Assembly (NCBI GenBank): GCA_900128585.1
Contig: LT642191.1
Span: 1-37,774, forward strand
Reading direction: 5' to 3'
Source of the DNA: Stramenopiles sp. TOSAG23-3
Lineage: Eukaryota
Length of the DNA: 37,774 nucleotides
Shown: one piece after another, positions 1-9,751 of the stretch
Layout: each line of letters begins with the position of its first letter
How positions within the stretch are numbered: position 1 is the first letter of the stretch
Position numbers and translations under genes: made by a program
The notes under the pieces: generated by a model
Databases searched by the model: none
What the model saw: only the letters and a program-made list of their open reading frames with translations
Told to the model about the DNA's origin: nothing

Positions 1-570
1 TAAAATTTAATATCGTGAGAATAGACTTTTATAATTTTCAGTTAGTCTAATTACTTCCCTTTTCAACCGTGCTCGTTTGTTGGCGCGGGCATCCTTAAAA
101 AAACTCACACTCGGACACATTTTTATATTTTTTTAATTTATTGATCACACGGATTGATTCAATTTTTATTTATTGATTGATTCAATTTTTAGAGAGTTGA
201 GGAGGTTCTAATGCTGTGATTTTGTATACCTAGACTAGTCTACGTATATAATATTAATAATGAAAAAACGATCAAAGAAACGACCAGCACCCAACCCAGC
301 ACTGCTGTAATACCGGATTGTTTTTTGGTGGTTCTCTTTTTTTTTTTTAGTTGTTCATTTGATACCCGTAGTAGTAGATATGTTTTACGTATGAGGTAGA
401 AATAGGTGCGTCCCTTTGGGATAAATATTGTATGAACAAGTCAATGAACAGTTATCTTTACGAAGCATAAAGCACAGTTTAGAGTGAAACATTAGTCTCA
501 TTAAATCTTCTTATTCTTGAATATTGTTTACATTTTCTAGCTCGTTCATCTTTGCAGAGACACAACATAC

Positions 571-1908
571 ATGTCGAGCTCCAGCGCATCAGGCAACCCG
601 CCAAAGCAAAAGAAAAAAGGGGTCCACGAGAAGGTATATTATAAACGAAGTATCAACTACTGCACAAACAACTACATTCGAACAGAAGGCGCCAGAACTT
701 ATTTTACATTAGATCATAATGTGACTGGTTTTCATGCGCTCCGGAGGAAAGCATTATCGAATAGGGGTTTTTGTGTTACGCAAAATATATCTTCGGGCGG
801 TGGTGGGTACGATTGGAGAGTCCAGATTTATCCAAACGGGCATGCAAACCGTGTGGGTTCCCTTGACGTGTCCCTCACGCCAAAGTCGCGCCAAAGAAAC
901 ATAGACATATACTTTACAATTGCCGTAAAAGATGGAAGTAGTCAAATAAACAAAACAACCTTTCGAAGAGGTACAAGCGAATCCAAATCGTCTTCAAGCG
1001 AATCCGAATCGTCTTCAAGCGAATCCGAATCGTCTTCAAGCGAAGACGATTTGGATGACAGTATCTTTGCCCTGCAAGCGAGGTTCAAAAGCGTTTCGCC
1101 GCCGAGCAAAATCTTTGCTGCTGACAAACTTCCAGACAGCTTCCAGCTTTGTATAACTTGCGAAATTCCTGGTAAGGAAGTACGACTGCCTCTGCCTCTG
1201 CTATACCGAGGTCCAAAAGCACACATTGACATGTTTCATCAAAGCACCAATACTGATGTGACTTTGAAAGGAAACTCGTTTGAACTGCATGCCCACAGCC
1301 AATTCCTCAGCGCATTCTCGACTACCTTTTCCGCCTCGCTGAACGGGCTATGGACCGAAAGCCAAACTAAAACGCTCAACGTAAGCGAAGGTATATCTGA
1401 AGAAGCAATGAAAATCTTCCTGAGCATGTTTTATGGTGCTCAGATTGAAGCCGAAGATTTCGCTGCTATGGCCCCACAACTGCTCGTTCTGTCCAGTGAG
1501 TACAACGTAGAGTCACTCGGCAAAATTTGCTCGCAGTGGATTCCCAACAGTCTCTCTCCTGGGTCAGTAGTTGATACTCTCCTCATAGCAGATCGATATG
1601 TTGAAGAATTTCCTACGTTAAAGGAAGACTGTCTGGAATTCATTTCAATGAACGCACAAGCTGTAACTAGCCACTCGAGCTTCAGCACTCTGTTGGAGCA
1701 TGGGGAACTGGTAAAGCTTGTTTTGGCTAGACTTTCTAAGGAAAATTTGAAAAAACGAAAACGAGATGATGAAGGATTCATAGAGCGTCTTATCAAAGGA
1801 GCGAAAGTTGATGCCTTGCGAACTGAGTTAGCACGTCGTGGCTTGAGAACATATGGTTCAGCAGTTGTACTGATTGAACGCTTGAAATCAGCAGTAAAAG
1901 ATTCATAA
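571..1908 (+). CDS. MATH-BTB(-BACK) protein (SPOP-like) with C-terminal SAP-like motif
   Basis: MATH-like segment (GGYDWRVQIYPNG), BTB (TDVTLKG..LHAHSQFLSAFS..FLSMFYG), BACK-like helices (LKEDCLEFISMN), basic NLS-like KKRKR, and SAP-like tail KVDALRTELARRGLRTYGSAVVLIERL. Confidence 0.75.
   Translation: MSSSSASGNPPKQKKKGVHEKVYYKRSINYCTNNYIRTEGARTYFTLDHNVTGFHALRRKALSNRGFCVTQNISSGGGGYDWRVQIYPNGHANRVGSLDVSLTPKSRQRNIDIYFTIAVKDGSSQINKTTFRRGTSESKSSSSESESSSSESESSSSEDDLDDSIFALQARFKSVSPPSKIFAADKLPDSFQLCITCEIPGKEVRLPLPLLYRGPKAHIDMFHQSTNTDVTLKGNSFELHAHSQFLSAFSTTFSASLNGLWTESQTKTLNVSEGISEEAMKIFLSMFYGAQIEAEDFAAMAPQLLVLSSEYNVESLGKICSQWIPNSLSPGSVVDTLLIADRYVEEFPTLKEDCLEFISMNAQAVTSHSSFSTLLEHGELVKLVLARLSKENLKKRKRDDEGFIERLIKGAKVDALRTELARRGLRTYGSAVVLIERLKSAVKDS
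974..1044 (+). repeat. 21-bp coding tandem repeat (~3.4 copies) giving SSSESES
   Basis: caagcgaatcc(a/g)aatcgtctt at 974, 995 and 1016, plus a partial copy at 1037. Confidence 0.95.
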
Positions 1909-2097
1909 ATCTTCTGCGATCAAATGAAAGAGAGAAGCAAAGTTTTGATGAATCTGCTCGCGCCCAAATTGGGAAAGACATTTGTAACCCCAAGAATTTT
2001 CTTGGTTCTTTATTTGTTTAAAAGTCAAAAATAAAACGTTTTAGACAGAGTTCTATATATAAAATTAAAATTTGAAAACGAAATATTGTGCCCTCTT

Positions 2098-2120
2098 AAA
2101 AATAACAGCCAATTTTCTTG
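2098..2120 (-). repeat. Dispersed motif CAAGAAAATTGGCTGTTATTT, copy 1
   Basis: Plus strand reads aaaaataacagccaattttcttg. Confidence 0.9.
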
Positions 2121-2205
2121 CTTTTTAAATTATTATTTCACAAAAAAAGTTACTCGTAAAAGGAACATTTTTTCGGTTTTGAAGTTTTCTCAAACTTTTA
2201 CTGAC

Positions 2206-2232
2206 TTTAAATAACAGCCAATTTTCTTGTTT
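2206..2232 (-). repeat. Dispersed motif, copy 2
   Basis: Plus strand reads tttaaataacagccaattttcttgttt. Confidence 0.9.
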
Positions 2233-2293
2233 CTTTAGTAATAAGAAAATTTAAAATTTACACACGCTCACGCACTCCGAAAACACCTGCACC

Positions 2294-2719
2294 TTACAAC
2301 CTCTGGATAATACCCTTCTGTGCGTCGCTCAGTCTGGACCAAGCGGTCTCTTTTGCTTGTGATGGCAAACTACTGACCATTTGCTTCAAGTACATTTGAA
2401 GCATTTCTTTCGTTTGCGGGGTAGTCAGCTCTGCGCTGTCTTCTCCGCCGCCTTGGCATCCAACCAGCATCTGGGTGATTGCTGACATTGCCTGGGGCGC
2501 ATGTTCGAAGTTGCCCCCCAACAGCATTTGGCCGCTGGTTTGAAGAAAACCGCACAAGTAGGCAGCGGTAAGCTGGGCGCACTCTTCGTCTTCCTTCAAC
2601 GGCAAGGTGGACAACCATAACGGCAGGGCATTGGCCAAGTTAACGCCGGGGGATCCGGAGTGAAATTTGCATATGGCCCCCATGGCAGCTATCGCATTTT
2701 CTGTCGCTTCCGCGTTGTC
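2294..2719 (-). pseudogene. IPO5: Orphan C-terminal fragment (~141 codons) of importin-5 / karyopherin beta-3
   Basis: Frame extends upstream of the listed ATG: DNAEATENAIAAMGAICKF..LPLWLSTLPLKEDEECAQ..YLCGF..LSDAQKGIIQRL. This matches the importin-5 C-terminus (ATEN.ISA.GKI.KF..LP.WLSWLPL.ED.EEA). An in-frame TAA lies at 2720-2722 and no upstream part is visible in the window. Confidence 0.7.
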
Positions 2720-2738
2720 TTAATAGGGGCGCGGTTTT

Positions 2739-3347
2739 TTATGATGGTCCGTCAAAGTATTTGCTGAGCCTCCTTCTCCCAGATGGCCGCTTTCCACGAG
2801 CAAAGTATTTCGAGTATTTTCCAATCTTCGCCTTCTTCATGATGTACCGAAGCTTCTTTGCTGCAAGGTTCCGGTTCTCTTTTGTATTCCAGAAATGTGA
2901 GCAGCCAGACGGGTGGGGCAGAACGAGCCCAATGGTCTTGCCAAACCTCAGCTCTTTGAAAAGTCTCGCGTTTTTAACGTTGAAAGATTTTGCCACGTTC
3001 AGGCCAAGGAATATGACAAGTCGGTACCGGTGGACGTTTATTTTTTTTGCCTCTTCCCTGCCTTCTCGGAGATCAAAAAAATCCCCATCCCCCGTCCCTT
3101 TTCTGCCAGGAAATTCTTTCAGCACGTTTCTCCGCTCGAAGAGGCAGAACAACTTTTCCTCGGGCAAACCAGCCAGTTTGCACAGCCTCGTCGCGCTCCG
3201 TCCTTCCAACACGGGACCGCCTTCTGCCGCAGGCGCCTGGCCAACAAATAAAGCTTCCTTCACGAACTTTAAATGGGGGGAAGAGGCCAAAGTGTTTTTC
3301 TTATATACATTTTTACAACGCCTCTCGGGGGGAACAGACTTTCCCAT
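2739..3347 (-). CDS. Uracil-DNA glycosylase superfamily protein (prokaryote/phage-type UDG-like)
   Basis: Motif A-like LFVGQAP, then GRSATRL, RRNVL, LVIFLG and motif B-like LPHPSG. Basic C-terminal tail carries two SKYF motifs. Confidence 0.75.
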   Translation of the reverse strand: MGKSVPPERRCKNVYKKNTLASSPHLKFVKEALFVGQAPAAEGGPVLEGRSATRLCKLAGLPEEKLFCLFERRNVLKEFPGRKGTGDGDFFDLREGREEAKKINVHRYRLVIFLGLNVAKSFNVKNARLFKELRFGKTIGLVLPHPSGCSHFWNTKENRNLAAKKLRYIMKKAKIGKYSKYFARGKRPSGRRRLSKYFDGPS

Positions 3348-3635
3348 TGCTACGCCAAGCTATCGTTTAGGACCCCTGTCGTCATACAGCCACTACTGAA
3401 CCTGCGCTTTTTCACTATTATATATATATACAAACACGCAATCTAATTAAAAGTGCACATTAGAAAGAGGGGGGAAATCTCATGGGCTAATAACTCTTTT
3501 ATTTTTTTCCAATATATAAATAATGTGTATGGTTATACACGACGAATGTTGAAGAAGAAAGTTTTATTAGCCTACATAAATAAAGAAAGAACAATCATCT
3601 CATCTCGTCTTCTCTTCTAGAGAAGAAGAAAAAAA

Positions 3636-3651
3636 NNNNNNNNNNNNNNNN
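3636..3651. other. Assembly gap (16 N)
   Basis: Run of n within a GAA/TTC microsatellite. Confidence 1.
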
Positions 3652-3762
3652 TCTTTCTTCTTCTTCTTCTTCTTCTTCTTCTTTCTTCTTTCTTCTTCTT
3701 CTTCTTCTTCTTCTTCTTCTTCTTCTTCTTTCTTCTTTCTTCTTCTTCTTCTTCTTCTTCTT
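3652..3762. repeat. (TTC)n microsatellite
   Basis: Directly visible in the sequence. Confidence 0.97.
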
Positions 3763-4343
3763 GGGTGAATTAATCAATATTTAAGTATTCTTAGTCATTC
3801 ATCAGTTAGGCGTACCAATGTTATATACTACCAACATTACTTTCTTCCTTTTTTAAGAATTATTAATATTTAGAAGAATATGGTCCTTAATAAATAGTAT
3901 TATCTATTATTGGAATTATACTAAATATAACCCCTTCTCCTCCCTCCCTCCCTCCTTCCCTCCTCTCCTCCATCGATTTGATGCTTCTTTGATGCACAGA
4001 TATAAAATATGATCCAAAACAATCAAACGAATGACGACACCGACAACACCATCCACATTTTTTTTTTTAATTATTTTTTATTATTTTTTATATTTTAAAA
4101 TAATAGACCTACTAATACATTTTGTTTTTTGTAATAATCATCTTTTTCATTTGTGCCCATATGTATGCATGAATCGCCACATACAGTTTATTATTGACGA
4201 ACGAGGAAGAACACCCATTCAACAAACCAACCCATCTACAAAGATCGCAACGTGCCCTGGTCCCTTGCAGTTTTCTTACGGTTTCGGCAGTAGTACGGTA
4301 GGGAGGCATATACAGAGCAGTCCGCGCGTTGAACGGTAGAGAA

Positions 4344-5960
4344 ATGAAAGTGTTGATTGCGGGCGACGTTCGTGGAAATTTGCATTTGTTGAAAAAGAAA
4401 GTAGAGGCACTGCACAGTTCAAAACATGGTCCGTTTGATTTAGTATTTTGTGTTGGTACATTTTTTAGTCGTGAGGTACCTGACCTTGCAGATTACATGG
4501 AAGGCAAGTCTGCTTTTCCCGTCCCGTGCTATGTCGTGGCGGGGCAAGAGGACTTTGTCGGTTCGCTAGGGGAGATATTGGTGGACAGCGCGGACGCGAA
4601 GGTGGAGATATGCCACAACATAGAGTACCTAGGCAGCTGTGGATTGAAGGATGTGGGGCACGAAAAGTTAAGGGTGGCGTACGTCTCGGCCGATGCCACG
4701 AAGCCGGCCATTGAGCGGTTGTCCCAGCAGACCAAGAACGAAGACGTCGATTTTTTGCTCACGTACTCGTGGGGCGCGGCCCTCCAGCCGTTTTTCTCTT
4801 CCATTGATTCAAGCGTCGAAAAGGGGGCTGGCGATTTCTCCAACCTTGTAGATATAGCAGTGTCGTCTGGGGTTACCGCGCGGTACCACTTTGCGGGCGC
4901 AAATGGGTTGTACTTCAAACTTCCGCCCTACAAGTCTGTGACCCGCCCGTACGTGACACGCTTTGTCGGCCTCGGGCAAGTCCAGGCAACGAAAGACAAA
5001 GCGAAGAAGTGGCTGCACGCCTTGACCATCCGCCCGGCGTCGGCTTTATCGATTGAGGATTTGAGCAAGACGTTCGAGGGAACAATTAGCAATCCATATG
5101 CACATGTGAATAGTGACCGCAAGCGCCCGCACGAGGGCAACGGGAACGGGGCCGGGCTGTCCGCATCCGACGCCCAACGTTTGGAGCAGGCTGGGGCCAA
5201 CAAGGACCAGTACTTTTTCAAAACCCGGGCGAACAGCGGAGGGCTCTGCCCGCCCAAACGGCAAAAACGGATGAAGACAAAGTACAACGTCCCCGCCCGG
5301 AAAGATTGTTGGTTTTGTCTGGCGAGCCCGACGTGCGAAAAACATTTGATCGTTAGCGTTGCCAGGGAAACCTACTTGTGCTTGCCAAAGGGTGGAATTT
5401 CTGCCGGGCATTTGTTGATCGTTCCGATCGCACACCACGATTCCATGTCCGTTGCGCCGGACTCAATCGTGGAAGAATCGGAGCGGTACAAGCGGGCGCT
5501 GAAGGAATTTTTTGCATCCCACAACGAAAAGACTCTGATTGTCGAACGGTGCGTGACTACCCAGGGCCCGCAGCATCATACGTACATTGAGGTCATACCA
5601 ATGCCTAGCGATCGGATGGGCATGGTTGGCAAAGCCTTCGAGAACGAATCCGAGCGGTGTGGCATTAAGTTTGAAGCGGTGCGGGAGGGCGATGCCCTGT
5701 CCGCAGTTGCACCGGAGGATCACCAGTACATTCATGTCGAGCTTTGCGATGGGAGAAAATTCATACACAAAGTTCATGCCGCCCAACGTGAGGCAGGAAA
5801 GGTCCCGTTGCAGTTTGGTCGGCTTTTGGCGGCGAAGGCCCTGGAGTGTCCAGAACGCACGCATTGGAAGAGCTGTGTCGTGCCAAAAGACCAGGAGGCC
5901 CAATTGACGGAATCGTTCAAACGAGTTTTTAAACCGTTTGATTGGACGCTCCAAGGATAA
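4344..5960 (+). CDS. CWF19L1: CWF19-like protein 1 (Drn1 family, lariat-spliceosome disassembly factor)
   Basis: N-terminal metallophosphoesterase-like domain (KVLIAGDVRG..HGPFDLVFCVGTFF, RYHFAG, TRFVGLG..KWLHAL) and C-terminal CwfJ domains (CWFCLASP..EKHLIVS..YLCLPKG..HLLIVPIAH; QFGR; WKSC; FKPFDWT). First ATG is at 4344. Confidence 0.92.
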   Translation: MKVLIAGDVRGNLHLLKKKVEALHSSKHGPFDLVFCVGTFFSREVPDLADYMEGKSAFPVPCYVVAGQEDFVGSLGEILVDSADAKVEICHNIEYLGSCGLKDVGHEKLRVAYVSADATKPAIERLSQQTKNEDVDFLLTYSWGAALQPFFSSIDSSVEKGAGDFSNLVDIAVSSGVTARYHFAGANGLYFKLPPYKSVTRPYVTRFVGLGQVQATKDKAKKWLHALTIRPASALSIEDLSKTFEGTISNPYAHVNSDRKRPHEGNGNGAGLSASDAQRLEQAGANKDQYFFKTRANSGGLCPPKRQKRMKTKYNVPARKDCWFCLASPTCEKHLIVSVARETYLCLPKGGISAGHLLIVPIAHHDSMSVAPDSIVEESERYKRALKEFFASHNEKTLIVERCVTTQGPQHHTYIEVIPMPSDRMGMVGKAFENESERCGIKFEAVREGDALSAVAPEDHQYIHVELCDGRKFIHKVHAAQREAGKVPLQFGRLLAAKALECPERTHWKSCVVPKDQEAQLTESFKRVFKPFDWTLQG

Positions 5961-6221
5961 TTGATAAGATCCTCCTCTAACGTATTTTTGGAGAATAAAA
6001 AGTTGTTCTAGGTACTTATTCTTATATTGGTAGTCTAGTTTGATGTTTTACTGAATGTAAGCACCGTCCCGTTTCAACTAAAAGAAAGAAAAGGTATTAA
6101 TTAAGTCCCCGGAAAATTCTTACGTTTTTTTTGTATTTCTTACTTCTTGTTTAAAACACACACACAAGGTTTAAAAGATAACCCTTTCTCCGGTTCGTGG
6201 CTGGCGTTTTCCCAATGCTTC

Positions 6222-6665
6222 CTACGCCTTGGTGTAGTTGAAGAAAATATCAAGGCAGTAGTATGGGGCATGCTCAAAGTCTTTTCCCATGAAACTAGCT
6301 TGAAATTTACCGCTTCCACGGCTTGGAGGCATCAGCAACGGCGCTTTCAGCTCGAAGGTGGTGTTGCGGTTATCGGTGAAACGAAGGATCTTTAACAGGT
6401 CCCCCGTTTGAGTGCTGACTGGGTGGCTGAATCCGAGTTCATAGATTTCAATGCTATACGATCCACCCTGGAGCGGGCCGTGAAGGCTGCAGGCACCTGT
6501 CGCATCTACCGTTGCATCCACCCCTTTGTGCCATTCTGGGGACCCAGTAAGGGACAATTCTTTCGTAACTAACCGATCCGTCGCCGTTCCACAAGAGTCC
6601 CAACTCGACGGTGCCGCGCCTTCGGCGCAGGCGGCAAGAAGAAATGCAACAAGAAACAATTTCAT
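6222..6665 (-). CDS. Secreted ML-domain (MD-2/NPC2-like) lipid-binding protein
   Basis: Signal peptide MKLFLVAFLLAACAEG, then WDSCG..L..LSL..P..KG..TV.A.G and a C-terminal Y.CLDI, ~147 aa, as in ML/NPC2-type proteins. First ATG is at 6665. Confidence 0.65.
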   Translation of the reverse strand: MKLFLVAFLLAACAEGAAPSSWDSCGTATDRLVTKELSLTGSPEWHKGVDATVDATGACSLHGPLQGGSYSIEIYELGFSHPVSTQTGDLLKILRFTDNRNTTFELKAPLLMPPSRGSGKFQASFMGKDFEHAPYYCLDIFFNYTKA

Positions 6666-6851
6666 GGTAGTAAAATACAATAAGAACTATATCTGGCTAT
6701 AAAAATTAAAGAAAGAAATTCGCAAGTGCACTTACATAACAAAATGTAGCACTTATCATAGTTTGGTAAATGTTTCGATTTATGCATACAACCTCGTAGG
6801 GATACATATAAAACTCTTCTTCGTCTATCTGGGCGACTTTTCAAAGACACC

Positions 6852-7111
6852 AAGAAGAAGCAAGAAGAAGAAGAAGAAGAAGAAGAAGAAGAAGAAGAAG
6901 AAGAAGAAGAAGAAGAAAGAAGAAGAAGAAGAAGAAGAAGAAGAAGAAGAAGAAGAAGAAAAAGAAAGAAGAAGAAGAAGAAAGAAGAAGAAGAAGAAAG
7001 AAGAAAGAAGAAGATGTGGTGTGTTGTATATTATTTACCACCACAAAAAAAAAAAAGTGGGTCAACAAGAAAGAAGAAGAAATTCAAGCAAAGAAAGAAA
7101 GAAAGAAAGAA
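6852..7111. repeat. (GAA)n/(GAAA)n polypurine microsatellite
   Basis: Directly visible, interrupted at about 7015-7065. Confidence 0.95.
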
Positions 7112-7517
7112 ATGATGGGCTTAATAAAAATAATATATAAATAGCATTGAAATTAAAATAAGATTTTTAATAAAAAATAATTTTCACTTTTTAACAGGAC
7201 TACAGTATTACAATATATTTTGAGCCATAAATATAATTTTTTATTTCAATGTTTCCTGCTAATAGACTAATAAAATAATAAGGCTCCATCATCATCTCAT
7301 CGTCCCTCCGTTTTTGTTGTTGTCGTCCATCATCACACATCTTATTTATAATTAGACCAACTATAACAAATAACTAAGAAATCAAAACAAAATGAAAAAA
7401 GAGAAAACATTCAATAATAGTTTGACTTTATTTACGTTAGGCAATAAAATCTTCACGCACAAGAGTAGAAAGAACATAAAATACACAGTAAAACAACGAA
7501 AGTATTCGATCGACCCG

Positions 7518-8705
7518 ATGATGAAATTGTTCGTAGTTCTTCTTCTTGGGCTGCTCGCCGTCGGTTCCTCCGCGTCGTGCCTGGACACCCTGAACACGGC
7601 ATGCAATGAAGACGTGTGCACGGTTGGTGACCTTGGATGCACAGTGGGGTGCTTCGTCAAGCACAACGCCATGCTGAAAAAAGCAGGCTGCGGCTTCCCC
7701 GAAGAAACGCTGACTCTCCTTACCCTGGCCGTCGAGGAGCCGCGCGAATTCGCAAAAGCCTTGCAAGCGTCGCCGCTTGCCGCCATAATTGACAAAAAAA
7801 AGAACTCTTTGGGACTTTTCTCCGACTTGGAAGCTGTCCTCCCTCGCGGAGGCGGGAGCGCATTGCCCACAGTCATGGGCCACGGCATGGGCGACAGCTG
7901 TTTCAACGAGGGCATGAAGGAAATCACTGCGGATGTTGGCAAACACATTGGCTCCTACTCGGTCTGCGTGCCAACGGGCGACAACTGGCTCCAAGACACT
8001 CTAAATGGGTTCCTGCTCAACATGGACAAAAGCGTGACGGTGTTTGCCAACAAGATCAAAGCCGACGACAATTTGAAGAATGGGTTCAATGCCATTGGAT
8101 TTTCTCAAGGCAACAGCTTGATCCGCGGCTATTACCAAAAGTACAACGGCGTCAATGGGTACCCACCGCTTCACATGGCAATGCACGTCCATGGAACCGT
8201 TAGTGGCGTTGCGGGCATCCCTCAGTGCGACCCTTCCTCCGGGTTCTGCAAAACCTTGGCGCACTTGTGCGGGGAGTTGTCCCCGAACTCGCTTGTTCAA
8301 GGCATTCTGTTCCAAGCGGACTACTTTCGCGACCCAACCAAGGTGAACGAAACCGCCTACAAGACATACTCTCAACTTGCACAAATGAACAATGAAGGCA
8401 ACACCGTGGACAAAACCATTAATGAAAACTTTGGAAAAGTCGAAAAGTTCGTCATGGTCAAAGCGCTCGGCGATACGATGGTATACCCGAACGCGGGGGA
8501 ATGGTGGGGACATTTCAAAGATGGTGCGGACGATTACAAAACGGTCGTGCCCTTGAACCAGACAAATTGGTACAAAGAAGATCTGTTTGGGCTGAAAACG
8601 GCGTTCGATGCGGGGAAAATGCATTTTGAAACGACTCCAGGCAACCACTTGCAATTTACGGAGAAGGAACTCTTTGGCTGGATTGATAAGTATTTTCAAA
8701 AATGA
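7518..8705 (+). CDS. PPT1: Palmitoyl-protein thioesterase 1-like (lysosomal)
   Basis: Signal peptide MMKLFVVLLLGLLAVG, HGMGDSC, nucleophile GFSQG, QA.YFRDP, DTMVYP, GNHLQF. The ATG at 7518 is preferred over 7392, whose leader is AT-rich and lacks a signal peptide. Confidence 0.9.
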   Translation: MMKLFVVLLLGLLAVGSSASCLDTLNTACNEDVCTVGDLGCTVGCFVKHNAMLKKAGCGFPEETLTLLTLAVEEPREFAKALQASPLAAIIDKKKNSLGLFSDLEAVLPRGGGSALPTVMGHGMGDSCFNEGMKEITADVGKHIGSYSVCVPTGDNWLQDTLNGFLLNMDKSVTVFANKIKADDNLKNGFNAIGFSQGNSLIRGYYQKYNGVNGYPPLHMAMHVHGTVSGVAGIPQCDPSSGFCKTLAHLCGELSPNSLVQGILFQADYFRDPTKVNETAYKTYSQLAQMNNEGNTVDKTINENFGKVEKFVMVKALGDTMVYPNAGEWWGHFKDGADDYKTVVPLNQTNWYKEDLFGLKTAFDAGKMHFETTPGNHLQFTEKELFGWIDKYFQK

Positions 8706-8754
8706 GATAAGTTTATGGTATGGCAGCACGAACGTTAATGAAATATAATATGAT

Positions 8755-8776
8755 AAGAAAATTGGCTGTTATTTAA
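8755..8776 (+). repeat. Dispersed motif, copy 3
   Basis: aagaaaattggctgttatttaa, about 50 bp after the PPT1 stop. Confidence 0.9.
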
Positions 8777-9751
8777 GTAATTAAATAAAAAGCCGAGCAG
8801 ACTGCCAGCAGTTTAATTTGCGAAAGACAAAAATGTCCTGCACAATCTCCGTATTTTCCGTATTTTCTAAGTACTTCGTATGAAAATATTTCCTAGTAAT
8901 TCTTAGTTCTATTCTCGTTCAAAGTTACCAAATTACTACGAAGGATATCAAACTTGTTTTGTTTTTTTCAAACTCGTAGGAACACCCGTCCATGATCTGA
9001 CAATGAATATTTACCCAACAACTGAGTTCCGGTAAAAAAAGAAATGAACGCATTCGTCAATATATAGGGGCAGCCTTTTGTTTTTTTTATAAAATGGGAG
9101 CTGCTCTGTTTCAACCTCGACGCGTTTCCCTTGTGGAAGCATAATCAAAAATTCAGACTTAAATTTAACCTATCCCCTAGAAACCATAAAGTTTTTTTGC
9201 GCTTTAACAAACTGGGTAATATCTTACATATTAATTATATTGGATTATCATATAAAAGGTAATAAAAGTATAATATGATGAATCACTCCCTCTTCTTCTT
9301 CTCTTTAAAAAACATTATAATAGAAGTGACCAGGCACCAGCATGGGTTCTCTCGCCCAAAGGTCAATCAAACCAACAACAAACAACCAACGGGAGGAGGA
9401 TGGAGGAGAAGATGATTACATTATTATAATAAAAAATTACCAACAATAATTTTTATTATACCAGGTAATATTATTGAGAGAGAGAGAGATGATTCCAACA
9501 CTGAAGAGTCTGTATGCATTTTAAAAAACATTGTATTTTGTACTTGTTCGCCTCGATTTGAATTTCTTTCTTTCGTTGGTTGTTTGGTTGTCTGTGTTTA
9601 TTTATTTATTCACACAGCTCTTCACATATAATTATCGAAAACACGCGGTGGCGTCTTCGTTCTTGGTTGGTGTATGTCCTTGGGGCAGAGAACATTTTTT
9701 GACGAGGCAGCGAGAGGAACAGTACAAAAATTGCATTGGTCTACCTTGATC

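Noticed and set aside
974-1044. Short regular repeats resembling a CRISPR array
   Set aside because: Contiguous 21-bp units with no spacers, in-frame in a eukaryotic CDS, and no cas genes.
8790-9200. Moderately GC-richer intergenic patch after PPT1
   Set aside because: No ORF, RNA structure or terminal repeats that I could support.
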